Positions 24,808 through 32,944 of a stretch of DNA of 59,686 nucleotides are shown here, in pieces. This stretch comes from an uncultured Candidatus Peribacteria bacterium (GTDB lineage: Bacteria > Patescibacteriota > Gracilibacteria > Peribacterales > Peribacteraceae). The stretch spans positions 1 through 59,686 of the forward strand of contig CAZLYW010000002.1 of NCBI GenBank assembly GCA_964563915.1, read 5' to 3'. Positions within the stretch are counted from its first letter, which is position 1, and the number at the start of each line of letters is the position of its first letter. Below the pieces are notes generated by a model. The model saw only the letters and a list, made by a program, of their open reading frames with translations, searched no databases and was not told the origin of the DNA. The position numbers and the translations under genes were made by a program.

Positions 24808-26517
24808 TCAGTATACGGTCTTCAGATAGCATTCCTCGCAGTAGACGGTTTCGGGCCTCTCCGGCGCCCATGTCGTTCGGATCTCTTTGCGGCACTTGGC
24901 GCAGCTGCGCGTCCAGAATTTCCGGGGATTGCGTTGTGCGAACCGGTCGAAATGCCGCTGCTGCCATGATTTGCGAGGAGGCGGCAGTCCATGATCGCGA
25001 TAGAAGCGTAATTCTTGCGGGAGAATTTTGAAGGGACGTCCCGTCACTTCGCATTGGATGGCCCATTGGAGAATGTCATCGGGAACATCATTGCTGTTAT
25101 CGAGCAGGCGACTGCCCGGAATCACTTTGGTCGCTTTCGGCGGCGGAAGTTCGGTATCGTCCCACCGGATATTGCTTTTGACAGCGTCAGATTTCTTCAG
25201 CGGATAGTACTGCTGGGCAGTCGTCTTGTTATAGCCGAACGGGGAAATGCTCATCGGGAGAAATTCGCCCCACTCGCCGGTCTTCTTCATGTGCTCGGCA
25301 AGCTTCCCGGCGGTAACTTCGTATTCTTCCGGTGAATATTGCCTGTTCAAGATGCAGTGTTTCGCCCGGGAAATGTTAACGCAGCCGAAACAGTTCTTGC
25401 ACCGCTCGGCATACCAGCAATACGTGAGGTCCGAGGTCGTGTGGCCTCCGTAGCTGAAGAGGAGATGATAGCTGTTCTCTCCGACAATCGCAGACTCGTA
25501 GGACTGCTGCAAGTTGAGGCCATATTGATAGATGTCCTGCACGTCTTTGGCGCCGGTGACGACCTGGTAGAGGAATTTTCCCTGCTCGACGTTTTCACAA
25601 TCAAAGCTCGCATGGACGTTTTTGCAGTTATTCAAGTGGTCCCCCGAGCTGTTTTCGACGTTGTTCCCCTGAAAGAATTTAAAGTGATGTCTCGCTTCTA
25701 GATTTTTGCGCTCGGCTGCGCACTCGTTGCATTGGCGGTATGAACGGAGTGAATACTCTTTCATTTTTTTCTCATATTCGCCGCGTGTCATCTGCTGATT
25801 ATTGAAACAGTACTCTGCATTGCGAAGCCCCACGCAGAGGAAGCAATTCCTGCAGCCGATGCAATCCCGTAAAAATGCGGAATCGGAGCAGTTTGCGCAA
25901 TCCTGGCAGTGAACCAGCCCGTAGCACTTGAGCACGTCCACGCAGTCATAACATCGCTCGCAGTGCAGGTTGTAGAATCCGTCGATGCATGAGCGATTAT
26001 ATTTGAATCCGTATCCGTACATGCAGTCTTCGCAGAAGTCGGCGTGCATGATCAGGTAGCAGTTCTTCGAACTGCCAGCGAAGTGGATATATTCGGAGTT
26101 CACTAATTCCCCCTGCACGTCGAGTGCGAGCGACGGAACGGAACGCTTCAGCTCCGCGAGCTGCTCAAAGAACGGTCGCGAGAAATTGATCTCCCGTCCG
26201 TACGACAGAGCATCACACTTGTCGCTATGCCAACACTCGCGGCAGTAATAGGGAATTCCGCTGCCGGCTGGGAATTGTGTCAGCGTGCGTTTTGTACAGA
26301 GCCCGCACTGGCCGGGGTAGAGATTCTGCTCGTTGCATTGCGCCAGCCGTCTCTGTTGCCGGCAATCGGGACAGTGTGTCGGCGGCGGGATCAGATATTT
26401 CTTACCCGCGAAGACCGGCGATACACGGTCGTAGAAAGCGAGATCGTCCTGCGTGATCTCGAAGGATTGCTTGCACCAGGGGTTTGCGCAGATCTTCATG
26501 AGTGCTGATTCTATCAT
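24808..26517 (-). CDS. Cys-rich repeat protein with N- and C-terminal zinc-ribbon modules
   Basis: Dense CxxC arrays (CEDC, CERCYDCVDVLKC, CQDCANC, CIGCRNCFLC, CKNCFGC). The two terminal modules resemble each other (..FY(D/R)...P.P..C/R..R....RN....C..C...I.T......VYC.EC(W/Y)). Confidence 0.75.
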   Translation of the reverse strand: MIESALMKICANPWCKQSFEITQDDLAFYDRVSPVFAGKKYLIPPPTHCPDCRQQRRLAQCNEQNLYPGQCGLCTKRTLTQFPAGSGIPYYCRECWHSDKCDALSYGREINFSRPFFEQLAELKRSVPSLALDVQGELVNSEYIHFAGSSKNCYLIMHADFCEDCMYGYGFKYNRSCIDGFYNLHCERCYDCVDVLKCYGLVHCQDCANCSDSAFLRDCIGCRNCFLCVGLRNAEYCFNNQQMTRGEYEKKMKEYSLRSYRQCNECAAERKNLEARHHFKFFQGNNVENSSGDHLNNCKNVHASFDCENVEQGKFLYQVVTGAKDVQDIYQYGLNLQQSYESAIVGENSYHLLFSYGGHTTSDLTYCWYAERCKNCFGCVNISRAKHCILNRQYSPEEYEVTAGKLAEHMKKTGEWGEFLPMSISPFGYNKTTAQQYYPLKKSDAVKSNIRWDDTELPPPKATKVIPGSRLLDNSNDVPDDILQWAIQCEVTGRPFKILPQELRFYRDHGLPPPRKSWQQRHFDRFAQRNPRKFWTRSCAKCRKEIRTTWAPERPETVYCEECYLKTVY

Positions 26518-26539
26518 TTTGTACTACCAAATTTTAAGT

Positions 26540-26980
26540 TCAGATATCGGCCTCAGGTGTCTCCAGCCACACTGCTAACGAGCGTGCGTATGCTTGGAGG
26601 TCTGCAATCCCAGTCTGGAGATGGACATAGAGGAGGTGCGGATCCACTTCCACGTACTCGTGTACGAGCACATTGCGAAACCCTTTAGCGCGGAGCAGAC
26701 GTTCACAAAGATCTTCCGCGATTACCGATCGTTCCGCGAGGACGATCAGCGCATCCCGCTCGTCTCGCAGCCTTCGCCAGTCTTGAATGAGGACGAGCAG
26801 ACGAGAGCAGTCGATGACCGATTCGATGGCAGTCTGCATAAGCCGTTCCACGGAGAATTTCTTCTCGGGATTCCCGATCAGTTCCTGTTCTGACAGCTGC
26901 CGATAGGGCGCCAGAAGATCCAGGTTCTTCTGCAGGTAACCGAGTTTACGGATGAGCGACTGGCGGTCGGCGGGCGTCAT
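26540..26980 (-). CDS. hepT: HEPN (DUF86) toxin HepT
   Basis: R-x4-H motif (RNVLVHEY) near the C-terminus, ~145 aa, and a 4-nt overlap with an upstream nucleotidyltransferase gene. Confidence 0.85.
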   Translation of the reverse strand: MTPADRQSLIRKLGYLQKNLDLLAPYRQLSEQELIGNPEKKFSVERLMQTAIESVIDCSRLLVLIQDWRRLRDERDALIVLAERSVIAEDLCERLLRAKGFRNVLVHEYVEVDPHLLYVHLQTGIADLQAYARSLAVWLETPEADI

Positions 26981-27432
26981 GCAGCGGGTCGTGAAAGAAT
27001 ACGGTTAATGGTGATGTCCGCTTCCCGTTGAAGATAGTAGCGTTCATCGTCGTACTCACGTTCGACCTGTAACTCGTATTCAATCTTCTCTTGCCGTGTG
27101 CGCCCAAAGAGCAAGATACCTTTGCGAACGACGTTGAATTGCAGTAGCACGGGAACGTCCTGCAGGATGATCAGGTCGATCTTCTCTAGATATTCATGAA
27201 GGGTGTCAGCGAGTGCACGCATCAGGCGGATCCGCAGCTTGAATCGTTCTCCTTTATCAAGTGACGGTGCGGCCAGAATGCCGATATCGATGTCGCTTTC
27301 TTGATCTGCTCTCCCGCATGCGCGTGTGCCATGGAGGTATGCGAGATGAACAACGTCGCCTTGCGCACGCTTATTTTCGCGCTGGATCACCGTTACAAGC
27401 GCAGCCGCAATCCGTTCAGAATCACTATCCAT
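26977..27432 (-). CDS. mntA: minimal nucleotidyltransferase antitoxin MntA
   Basis: HGTRACGRADQESDIDIGIL (G.R..G...SD.D motif of the pol-beta NTase fold), paired with HepT. Confidence 0.85.
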   Translation of the reverse strand: MDSDSERIAAALVTVIQRENKRAQGDVVHLAYLHGTRACGRADQESDIDIGILAAPSLDKGERFKLRIRLMRALADTLHEYLEKIDLIILQDVPVLLQFNVVRKGILLFGRTRQEKIEYELQVEREYDDERYYLQREADITINRILSRPAA

Positions 27433-27463
27433 AGGGCCGAGTGTAGCATGAATTGATCACAGG

Positions 27464-28576
27464 TCAGTACACCTCTTTCAGATAGCACTCCTCGCAATAG
27501 ACGATCTCTGGCCGGTCGGGCCCGTATGTCGTCCGGATCTCCCTCCCGCACTGGCCGCACGATCGCGGGTAGAGTTTGATGCCCGACCGCCGAGCAATCC
27601 GTTCATCGTGTCGGACATCCGGATGTTTGCGCGGCAGAGGGAGATCCATTTGCCGGTAGAACGCGAGCTCCTGCTTGATGATGCGGAACAGGCGGCCGGT
27701 CGCAATGCAGGTGACCGCCCAGTCGGTTACATCGTCGGGAACGTCGGCAATCGACAGCGGGAGCTTCTCCGCGGGAATCACTTTCTTCACGTTCGGTTTC
27801 TCATCCGATGGCTCACGCCACGTATACCCGCGCTTCAACGCTTCAGACTTCGTTAACGGAAAGTACTCCATCGCAATCGTCTCGTTGAATGCGAACGGAC
27901 AGAAGTGCTTGGGGAAGTATTCGCCCCACTCTGATGTTTTGCGCATGTGGTCGATCAATCGGGAGCGCAATGTCTTGAACTCGCTCTCGGAGTACTGCTT
28001 GTTGAGGATGCAGAACTTCTTCTTACGCGCGCCAATGCATCCGAAGCAGTCACTACAACCCGTACAGTGAGCGCAATACTCCAGGTTGCTGTTCCCCGTC
28101 GTGCAGGTCGTGCAGAACTTCAGGTTGTACGCATTGTCTCCGCTGGAGGACGTCTGGTAGACCAGTTCCGCCTTGTCGCCCCAGGAGTTGTAATCCATGC
28201 AGGACTTCGCCGAGAAGACGCGCGCGCAGCGGACGCAGTCTTCCAGGTCTTTGCAGTCGTAGCAGTCGATCGAATCCTTGGAATCGTAGAGGTGGTTACC
28301 GGCGCTGTTCTGGTTGTGCTCGTTCTGGACGGGCTTGTGCGGCTGCGTCCGGAAGAAGTCATCAGCGCGCTTTCTCATCGCCTGCAACCCGTCATACGTA
28401 TTCAACTTCAATGCCGCTTTCTGCTTTTCATATTCCTCTTTCGTCAGTTGCTTGTTCAGAATCATGCGACTCTTCTGTCGTTGGTTGATGCAGCCGATGC
28501 AGTCGCGGCATCCAATGCAGTTGTCCAGAAAGACACTCTCGCTACAGGTCTGACATTCCTTGACAACAAGATGTTT
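27464..28576 (-). pseudogene. 5'-truncated paralog of the Cys-rich zinc-ribbon protein
   Basis: It aligns with the C-terminal ~370 aa of 24808-26517 (CIGCRDCIGC, CSDCFGC, identical VYCEECYLK end). Homology stops at ~28576. Upstream in frame there is no ATG/GTG/TTG, only translated antisense of a plus-strand ORF. The first in-frame ATG is at 28465. Confidence 0.6.
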
Positions 28577-28978
28577 AAATGTAAAATGAACACGATGAAT
28601 ACCAGCGCCTACGATGAAGAGCTCGGCAGACTCCAGAGTACGTACGACGAGGCTGTAGCGAAGCTTGAGGAGCTCGAAGCGTCTCTGCTCAAGGGAACGC
28701 TCTCCGCGGAGCAACAGTCTCTTGCCACTGAGTACTGGTTGACTATGGTGCAGTGCGACGGCAGCGCCCGGCAGCACTATGCTCATGCGCTGAGATACGG
28801 GAATCTGACGTTCGAAGAGCGCTACGGAGGAACACATCAGCAGATTGAATTTGCATTGCAGGACTACAAGCTGCAATTGGCGGAAGCGGTGGATGACGAT
28901 GACGGCGGAGACGTCACGGAAGCGGGGACGGGATATTTCACTGATGCCGGACAGGCGGATGATTTGCCGGATAAATGA
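28571..28978 (+). CDS. hypothetical acidic coiled-coil protein
   Basis: The 3' third of ORF 27947-28978 reads as a plausible protein (SAYDEELGRLQSTYDEAVAKLEELEASLL...DDDDGGDV). Candidate ATGs are at 28571, 28586 and 28595. The ORF ends 25 nt before the RluA-type gene. Confidence 0.45.
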   Translation: MFKCKMNTMNTSAYDEELGRLQSTYDEAVAKLEELEASLLKGTLSAEQQSLATEYWLTMVQCDGSARQHYAHALRYGNLTFEERYGGTHQQIEFALQDYKLQLAEAVDDDDGGDVTEAGTGYFTDAGQADDLPDK

Positions 28979-29003
28979 GTAACCGGGACTGTAGACTCTC
29001 CGC

Positions 29004-29666
29004 ATGTCCATCTCTCGCGACCGTATCCTCTACTGTGACGACACGATCCTCGCCGTGAGTAAGCTGGCGGGGGAATTAGTTGTAAAGGGTTTCGGGAACG
29101 TGCAGAAGCTGCCGCTCCTCGATTTCCTCAGGAAGGAGTATCCTGGCATTCACCCCCTCAATCGTCTGGACTTCGAGACATCGGGGGTCGTCCTCTTCGC
29201 GCGCAACAAGAAGATTCTCGCGGAAGTCCTCGCGTCAAAATTCAAAGGCTGGAAGAAGATCTACCGGACGATCGTCGCGGGGAGAATCAAGCAGGATCGC
29301 GGCGAGATCACCATGCCGTTGCCTGCGAGAGTAAAAAAGGAAGGCAACGTCACCGCAATGACTCGCTACAAGGTTCTCCAGCGGTTCGAGAATTCTACGT
29401 ATGTAGAAGTAGAGATCGAGACCGGCCGGCACCACCAGATCCGCCGGCACTTCGCGATGATGTACCATCCACTGATCCTCGATCAGATCTATGGGGATGA
29501 GAAGGTCAATCGCAAGTTCTCGAAGCAGCTCGGGTACCGCCGGTTCTTCCTGCATGCGTGGAAAGTTCAGCTTCCCCATCCGGTGAGCGGCAAAGAGGTG
29601 ATCATCGAAGCGCCGATGCCGAAGGCATTCATCAATGTATTGAAGGAGTTGGGCATTGGGGATTAG
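29004..29666 (+). CDS. RluA-family pseudouridine synthase
   Basis: NRLDFETSGVVLFA (catalytic Asp motif), ...YRTIV.G..., TGR.HQIRRHF. Confidence 0.9.
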   Translation: MSISRDRILYCDDTILAVSKLAGELVVKGFGNVQKLPLLDFLRKEYPGIHPLNRLDFETSGVVLFARNKKILAEVLASKFKGWKKIYRTIVAGRIKQDRGEITMPLPARVKKEGNVTAMTRYKVLQRFENSTYVEVEIETGRHHQIRRHFAMMYHPLILDQIYGDEKVNRKFSKQLGYRRFFLHAWKVQLPHPVSGKEVIIEAPMPKAFINVLKELGIGD

Positions 29667-29759
29667 AGTATTGGAGTATTGGAATAATGGAATATTCGGA
29701 AGTTTCAATAACATCCCAATATTCCAATACTCCATTATTCCATTCCCCAAATTCCATAC
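29667..29759. repeat. AT-rich word-built palindromic element filling the rluA-type/trpS spacer
   Basis: TGGAATATTCGG (29688-99) pairs with CCCAATATTCCA (29715-26), 11/12. The flanking words GTATTGG/GGAATAA and their complements occur in permuted order. Confidence 0.75.
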
Positions 29760-30722
29760 ATGCGCGTTCTCTCCGGTATCCAGCCCTCCGGCCATCTGCA
29801 TCTCGGCAACTACTTCGGTTCGATGAAGCCGAATTTGGAGTACGTGGGGCAGGCTGAGTCGAGTTTCTACTTCGTCGCCGATCTGCATGCGCTCACGTCG
29901 ATCCAGGACCCGGAGGAACTGCGGCGGCTCCGGCGCGACGTCGTGCTCGATTACCTCGCGTGCGGGTTCGATCCCGAAAAAGCAGTTCTCTATTTTCAAT
30001 CCGACGTGCCGTTCCACACCGAACTCTCGTGGATCCTCTCCACCGTCACGCCGGTGGGATTGCTCGAGCGCGCGGTGAGTTATAAGGAGAAGGTGGAGAA
30101 AGGGATACCGGCCTCTGCCGGACTCTTTTCGTATCCGGTCCTGATGGCCGCGGATATCCTCCTGTACGGAGCCAATCTGGTGCCCGTCGGCAGGGACCAG
30201 AAGCAGCATCTCGAGATGACGCGGGATATCGCGATCAAGTTCAACCACGTCTACGGCGAAACGCTCGTCGTACCCGAGCCGCTCATCCGAGATGAGGTCG
30301 CCGTGGTGCCGGGGACGGACGGACAGAAGATGAGCAAGAGTTACGGCAACACGATCCCGCTGTTCGGTCCCGACGCGGATTGCAAGAAAGCGATCATGGG
30401 CATCGTGACCGATTCCAAGGGCATGAATGATCCAAAAGACCCAGATACGTGCCTCATCTACCAGATCCACAAACTCTTCTTGAACGACAGGGAGCGGAAG
30501 GCCTTGACGGAGGAATACGTGAACGGTTTACCCTACGGCGAAGCAAAGAAGCGGCTCCTCCAGACCTTCATGGATCACTTTTCGCCCATGCGGAAGCGCC
30601 GAATGGACTTCGAGAAGGATCCCTATACCGTCGAGAAAACGATGGCGGACGGCGCCAGAAAGGCTACCGTTGTTGCGGTGGAAACGATGGAACGGGTGCG
30701 GAAGGCGACGGGGTTGCGTTAA
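29760..30722 (+). CDS. trpS: tryptophan--tRNA ligase
   Basis: SGIQPSGHLHLGNY (HIGH-type motif) and KMSKS, ~320 aa. Confidence 0.95.
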   Translation: MRVLSGIQPSGHLHLGNYFGSMKPNLEYVGQAESSFYFVADLHALTSIQDPEELRRLRRDVVLDYLACGFDPEKAVLYFQSDVPFHTELSWILSTVTPVGLLERAVSYKEKVEKGIPASAGLFSYPVLMAADILLYGANLVPVGRDQKQHLEMTRDIAIKFNHVYGETLVVPEPLIRDEVAVVPGTDGQKMSKSYGNTIPLFGPDADCKKAIMGIVTDSKGMNDPKDPDTCLIYQIHKLFLNDRERKALTEEYVNGLPYGEAKKRLLQTFMDHFSPMRKRRMDFEKDPYTVEKTMADGARKATVVAVETMERVRKATGLR

Positions 30723-30740
30723 TGACAAAATTATAGTATA

Positions 30741-31463
30741 ATGTCCATAAACACGCACATGCTCGCTATGACTCTTCCGACACGCTCCGTTGTCCTCTTC
30801 GTCGCCTCGATGGTGGTGGGGACAGCTCTTCCCCTCGTCGCATCGACGTCACTGCTCGCCTCGACGCAGGGTGTCGCTCTCGGCAGACCCGATAGCGCGA
30901 CAGTGCGACTGCACCGCGCGGTGACGCAGAAGGATCGCCAAGACTACAGCCGCGCGCTGCAGATGTACAACACGCGCTTGCAGAAAGGGGAGAAGGGTCT
31001 CGCAAAGCCGGATATCAACAGCCGTGCGAGTATCGACTACTACCTCAAGAATCCGGTAGAAGACCGCGTGCAGGTAGAGCCGATCCGCACCGATCCCATC
31101 TCGACGACCGAATACGTAAAGCCGCCGGAACAGAAGCCCGCCGATGACGCGCTCTCCGTGAAGGAGCGCGCCGAGCTCGCGCGCGCCGCGAAGATCGGCC
31201 GCTGCTGGAACTTCCCCGGCTTCTCGGCCGGATACATGACGCTGTGCAAGAAATTCATCGAAGGGAAAACACCTGCCAATACGATGGGATTCGGCAATGA
31301 CATCTCCAATGCGCGGATCCAGCAGCAGGCTGTGTTGCGCGGTTCAACCTCCGCCAAGGTCAATCTCTTCGACGGTCTCAAGGACAATCGGTCGGGTCCG
31401 CGTACTCCGTATGGGAAGAGTGGTGGGAGGGCGGCGGATGCGAGCAGCAGCAGTTCAAAATGA
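30741..31463 (+). CDS. hypothetical secreted protein
   Basis: N-terminal hydrophobic signal-like segment (VVLFVASMVVGTALPLVA). No domain recognised. Ser-rich C-terminus. Confidence 0.6.
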   Translation: MSINTHMLAMTLPTRSVVLFVASMVVGTALPLVASTSLLASTQGVALGRPDSATVRLHRAVTQKDRQDYSRALQMYNTRLQKGEKGLAKPDINSRASIDYYLKNPVEDRVQVEPIRTDPISTTEYVKPPEQKPADDALSVKERAELARAAKIGRCWNFPGFSAGYMTLCKKFIEGKTPANTMGFGNDISNARIQQQAVLRGSTSAKVNLFDGLKDNRSGPRTPYGKSGGRAADASSSSSK

Positions 31464-31616
31464 CCTCACCCCTAACCCCTCCCCACGCTACGTGGGGAGG
31501 GGAATGTATGTTGTTTTGTTTGCTTGAAAAGTAACAACCAAAAAACAAAAACATGCCCCACTCCGTGCAGCCCCTTCGGCAGGCTCAGGACAAGCTCCGA
31601 GGGGCTAGGGGTGAGG
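31464..31616. repeat. nested GC-rich/AT-rich palindromic element
   Basis: The outer inverted repeat is CCTCACCCCTAACC (31464-77) with GGCTAGGGGTGAGG (31603-16), 13/14. An inner perfect hairpin is CCTCCCCACG-cta-CGTGGGGAGG (31478-500). There is also a central T-rich/A-rich imperfect palindrome. Confidence 0.75.
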
Positions 31617-31629
31617 TATGATCTGAACG

Positions 31630-32196
31630 ATGAAGCTTATCCTCGCCTCCGCCAGCCCGCAGCGGGAAACGCTCCTCGCTGATCTGGGACTCTCGTTTGA
31701 GGTCATTCCGAGCCGTGTTGATGAAGCCGATTGCACCGAGCAGGATCCTGCTCGGCGTGCGGAATTCCTCTCGGCATTCAAGGCGCGAGATGTCGCGGCG
31801 AAGCATCCGGGTCGCGTCGTCATCGGGTGCGACACGCTTGTGGTGAGCGCGGAGGGCAATCTGCTGGAGAAGCCGCGGGATGAAGAAGATGCGCGGAACA
31901 TGATCCGGCTCCAGTCGGGCAAGACCTCTATGGTGCATTCGGGAGTGACGGTCATTTCCAATGGGAAGGAATACAGCGGAGTCTCGTCGTCGTCCGTCAC
32001 TTTTAAGGAGCTCTCCAAAGAAGAAGAGGGTTGGTGGATCGGGACGAAACTCTGGGAAGACCGCTCAGGATCCTTTCAAATAGACGGGTTGGGGCAGCTG
32101 ATGATCGAGCGCATAGAAGGGGATTGGTCGGGGGTGGTTGGGTTGCCGGTTTTTCTTCTGGGGGAATTATTGAAGAAAGCAGGGGTGTCGATCTGA
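31630..32196 (+). CDS. maf: Maf-like nucleoside triphosphate pyrophosphatase
   Basis: LILASASPQR..LL..LG..F.V, GCDT.V, Y.IDG.G motifs. Confidence 0.9.
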   Translation: MKLILASASPQRETLLADLGLSFEVIPSRVDEADCTEQDPARRAEFLSAFKARDVAAKHPGRVVIGCDTLVVSAEGNLLEKPRDEEDARNMIRLQSGKTSMVHSGVTVISNGKEYSGVSSSSVTFKELSKEEEGWWIGTKLWEDRSGSFQIDGLGQLMIERIEGDWSGVVGLPVFLLGELLKKAGVSI

Positions 32197-32427
32197 GGTC
32201 CCTCGTACGTTCGCGTTCCTCGTACGCTCGTGACGGAGTCACGAGCTACTCGGAATGACAAAGCAATAATTACGAGCATCGCCTCGATACGAAAACCACT
32301 TCGTGGTTTTCTACTCGGCGAGCGCCGAGTAGCTCCTGGCGGAGCCGGGAGCGTATCGAGGCGCTTGTCTGTCTTCGTGTTGTCATCCCGAGTAGCTCGG
32401 CGCAGAGCGCCGAGCGTACGAGGGACC
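32197..32427. repeat. 231-bp MITE-like composite palindrome with perfect 13-bp terminal inverted repeats
   Basis: The termini are GGTCCCTCGTACG (32197-209) and CGTACGAGGGACC (32415-27). Nested inverted repeats are CTACTCGGAATGACAA/TTGTCATCCCGAGTAG and GCCTCGATACG/CGTATCGAGGC. Central hairpins are AAAACCA-cttcg-TGGTTTT and CTACTCGGCG-ag-CGCCGAGTAG. Confidence 0.7.
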
Positions 32428-32943
32428 TTTTCTGATCAGGCGATAGCCCAGCAACTCCCGCCGCGCCGCTTTCGCGTTGGGATACGCGCGCTCGACGATG
32501 GCCCAGAACTTCCACGAGTGATTCTTCACCAGCCGGTGCGCAAGCTCGTGGACGGTCACGTATTCCAGGAGGTGCCGCGGGAGTTTCAGCAGAGCGGTAT
32601 TCAGTGTGATGTTCCCGTGATGCGAGCAGCAGCCCCATTGGGACGTCATGGGGCGGAAGCGGATTCTCCGGATCGGAACGCGAAGCGTAGCGGCATTGAT
32701 CTTATGTACGAGTTCTGCGATTTCTTCGGCCTGCCCGTCGAAGAGGGGGAAGAACGGATCAATGCGCATGCGCCCGCGGTCCTGCTCGAGCATCTTCACC
32801 ATTCTCCTGACCAGGCTTTCGATGTGGCGCTGTTCTTCGTGTACGCTCAAGCAGCGAGCCAGACGGATCACGATCGTATCATTCTGCAGCACCGCGCGGG
32901 AATGTCTATTGCGCGTGCGTTCGATGCGGACGGCATGAGGCAT
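32383..32943 (-). CDS. DUF45/YgjP-family zinc metallohydrolase
   Basis: SQWGCCSHHGNITLN..L..LP......VTVHELAHRLVKNHS..FW (HExxH). The last ~15 codons run into the 32197-32427 element. Confidence 0.85.
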   Translation of the reverse strand: MPHAVRIERTRNRHSRAVLQNDTIVIRLARCLSVHEEQRHIESLVRRMVKMLEQDRGRMRIDPFFPLFDGQAEEIAELVHKINAATLRVPIRRIRFRPMTSQWGCCSHHGNITLNTALLKLPRHLLEYVTVHELAHRLVKNHSWKFWAIVERAYPNAKAARRELLGYRLIRKGPSYARRSAPSYSG

Positions 32944-32944
32944 A

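Noticed and set aside
27947-28570. The N-terminal two-thirds of plus-strand ORF 27947-28978 (343 aa).
   Set aside because: It is the antisense of the conserved Cys-rich paralog coding sequence and is Val/Ala/Leu/Arg-rich. Only the part downstream of ~28571, outside the paralog homology, looks like a real gene.
29667-29759. T-box riboswitch upstream of trpS.
   Set aside because: Only 93 nt are available and all of it is the AT-rich word palindrome. There is no specifier loop, no T-box sequence and no terminator/antiterminator arrangement of the usual size.
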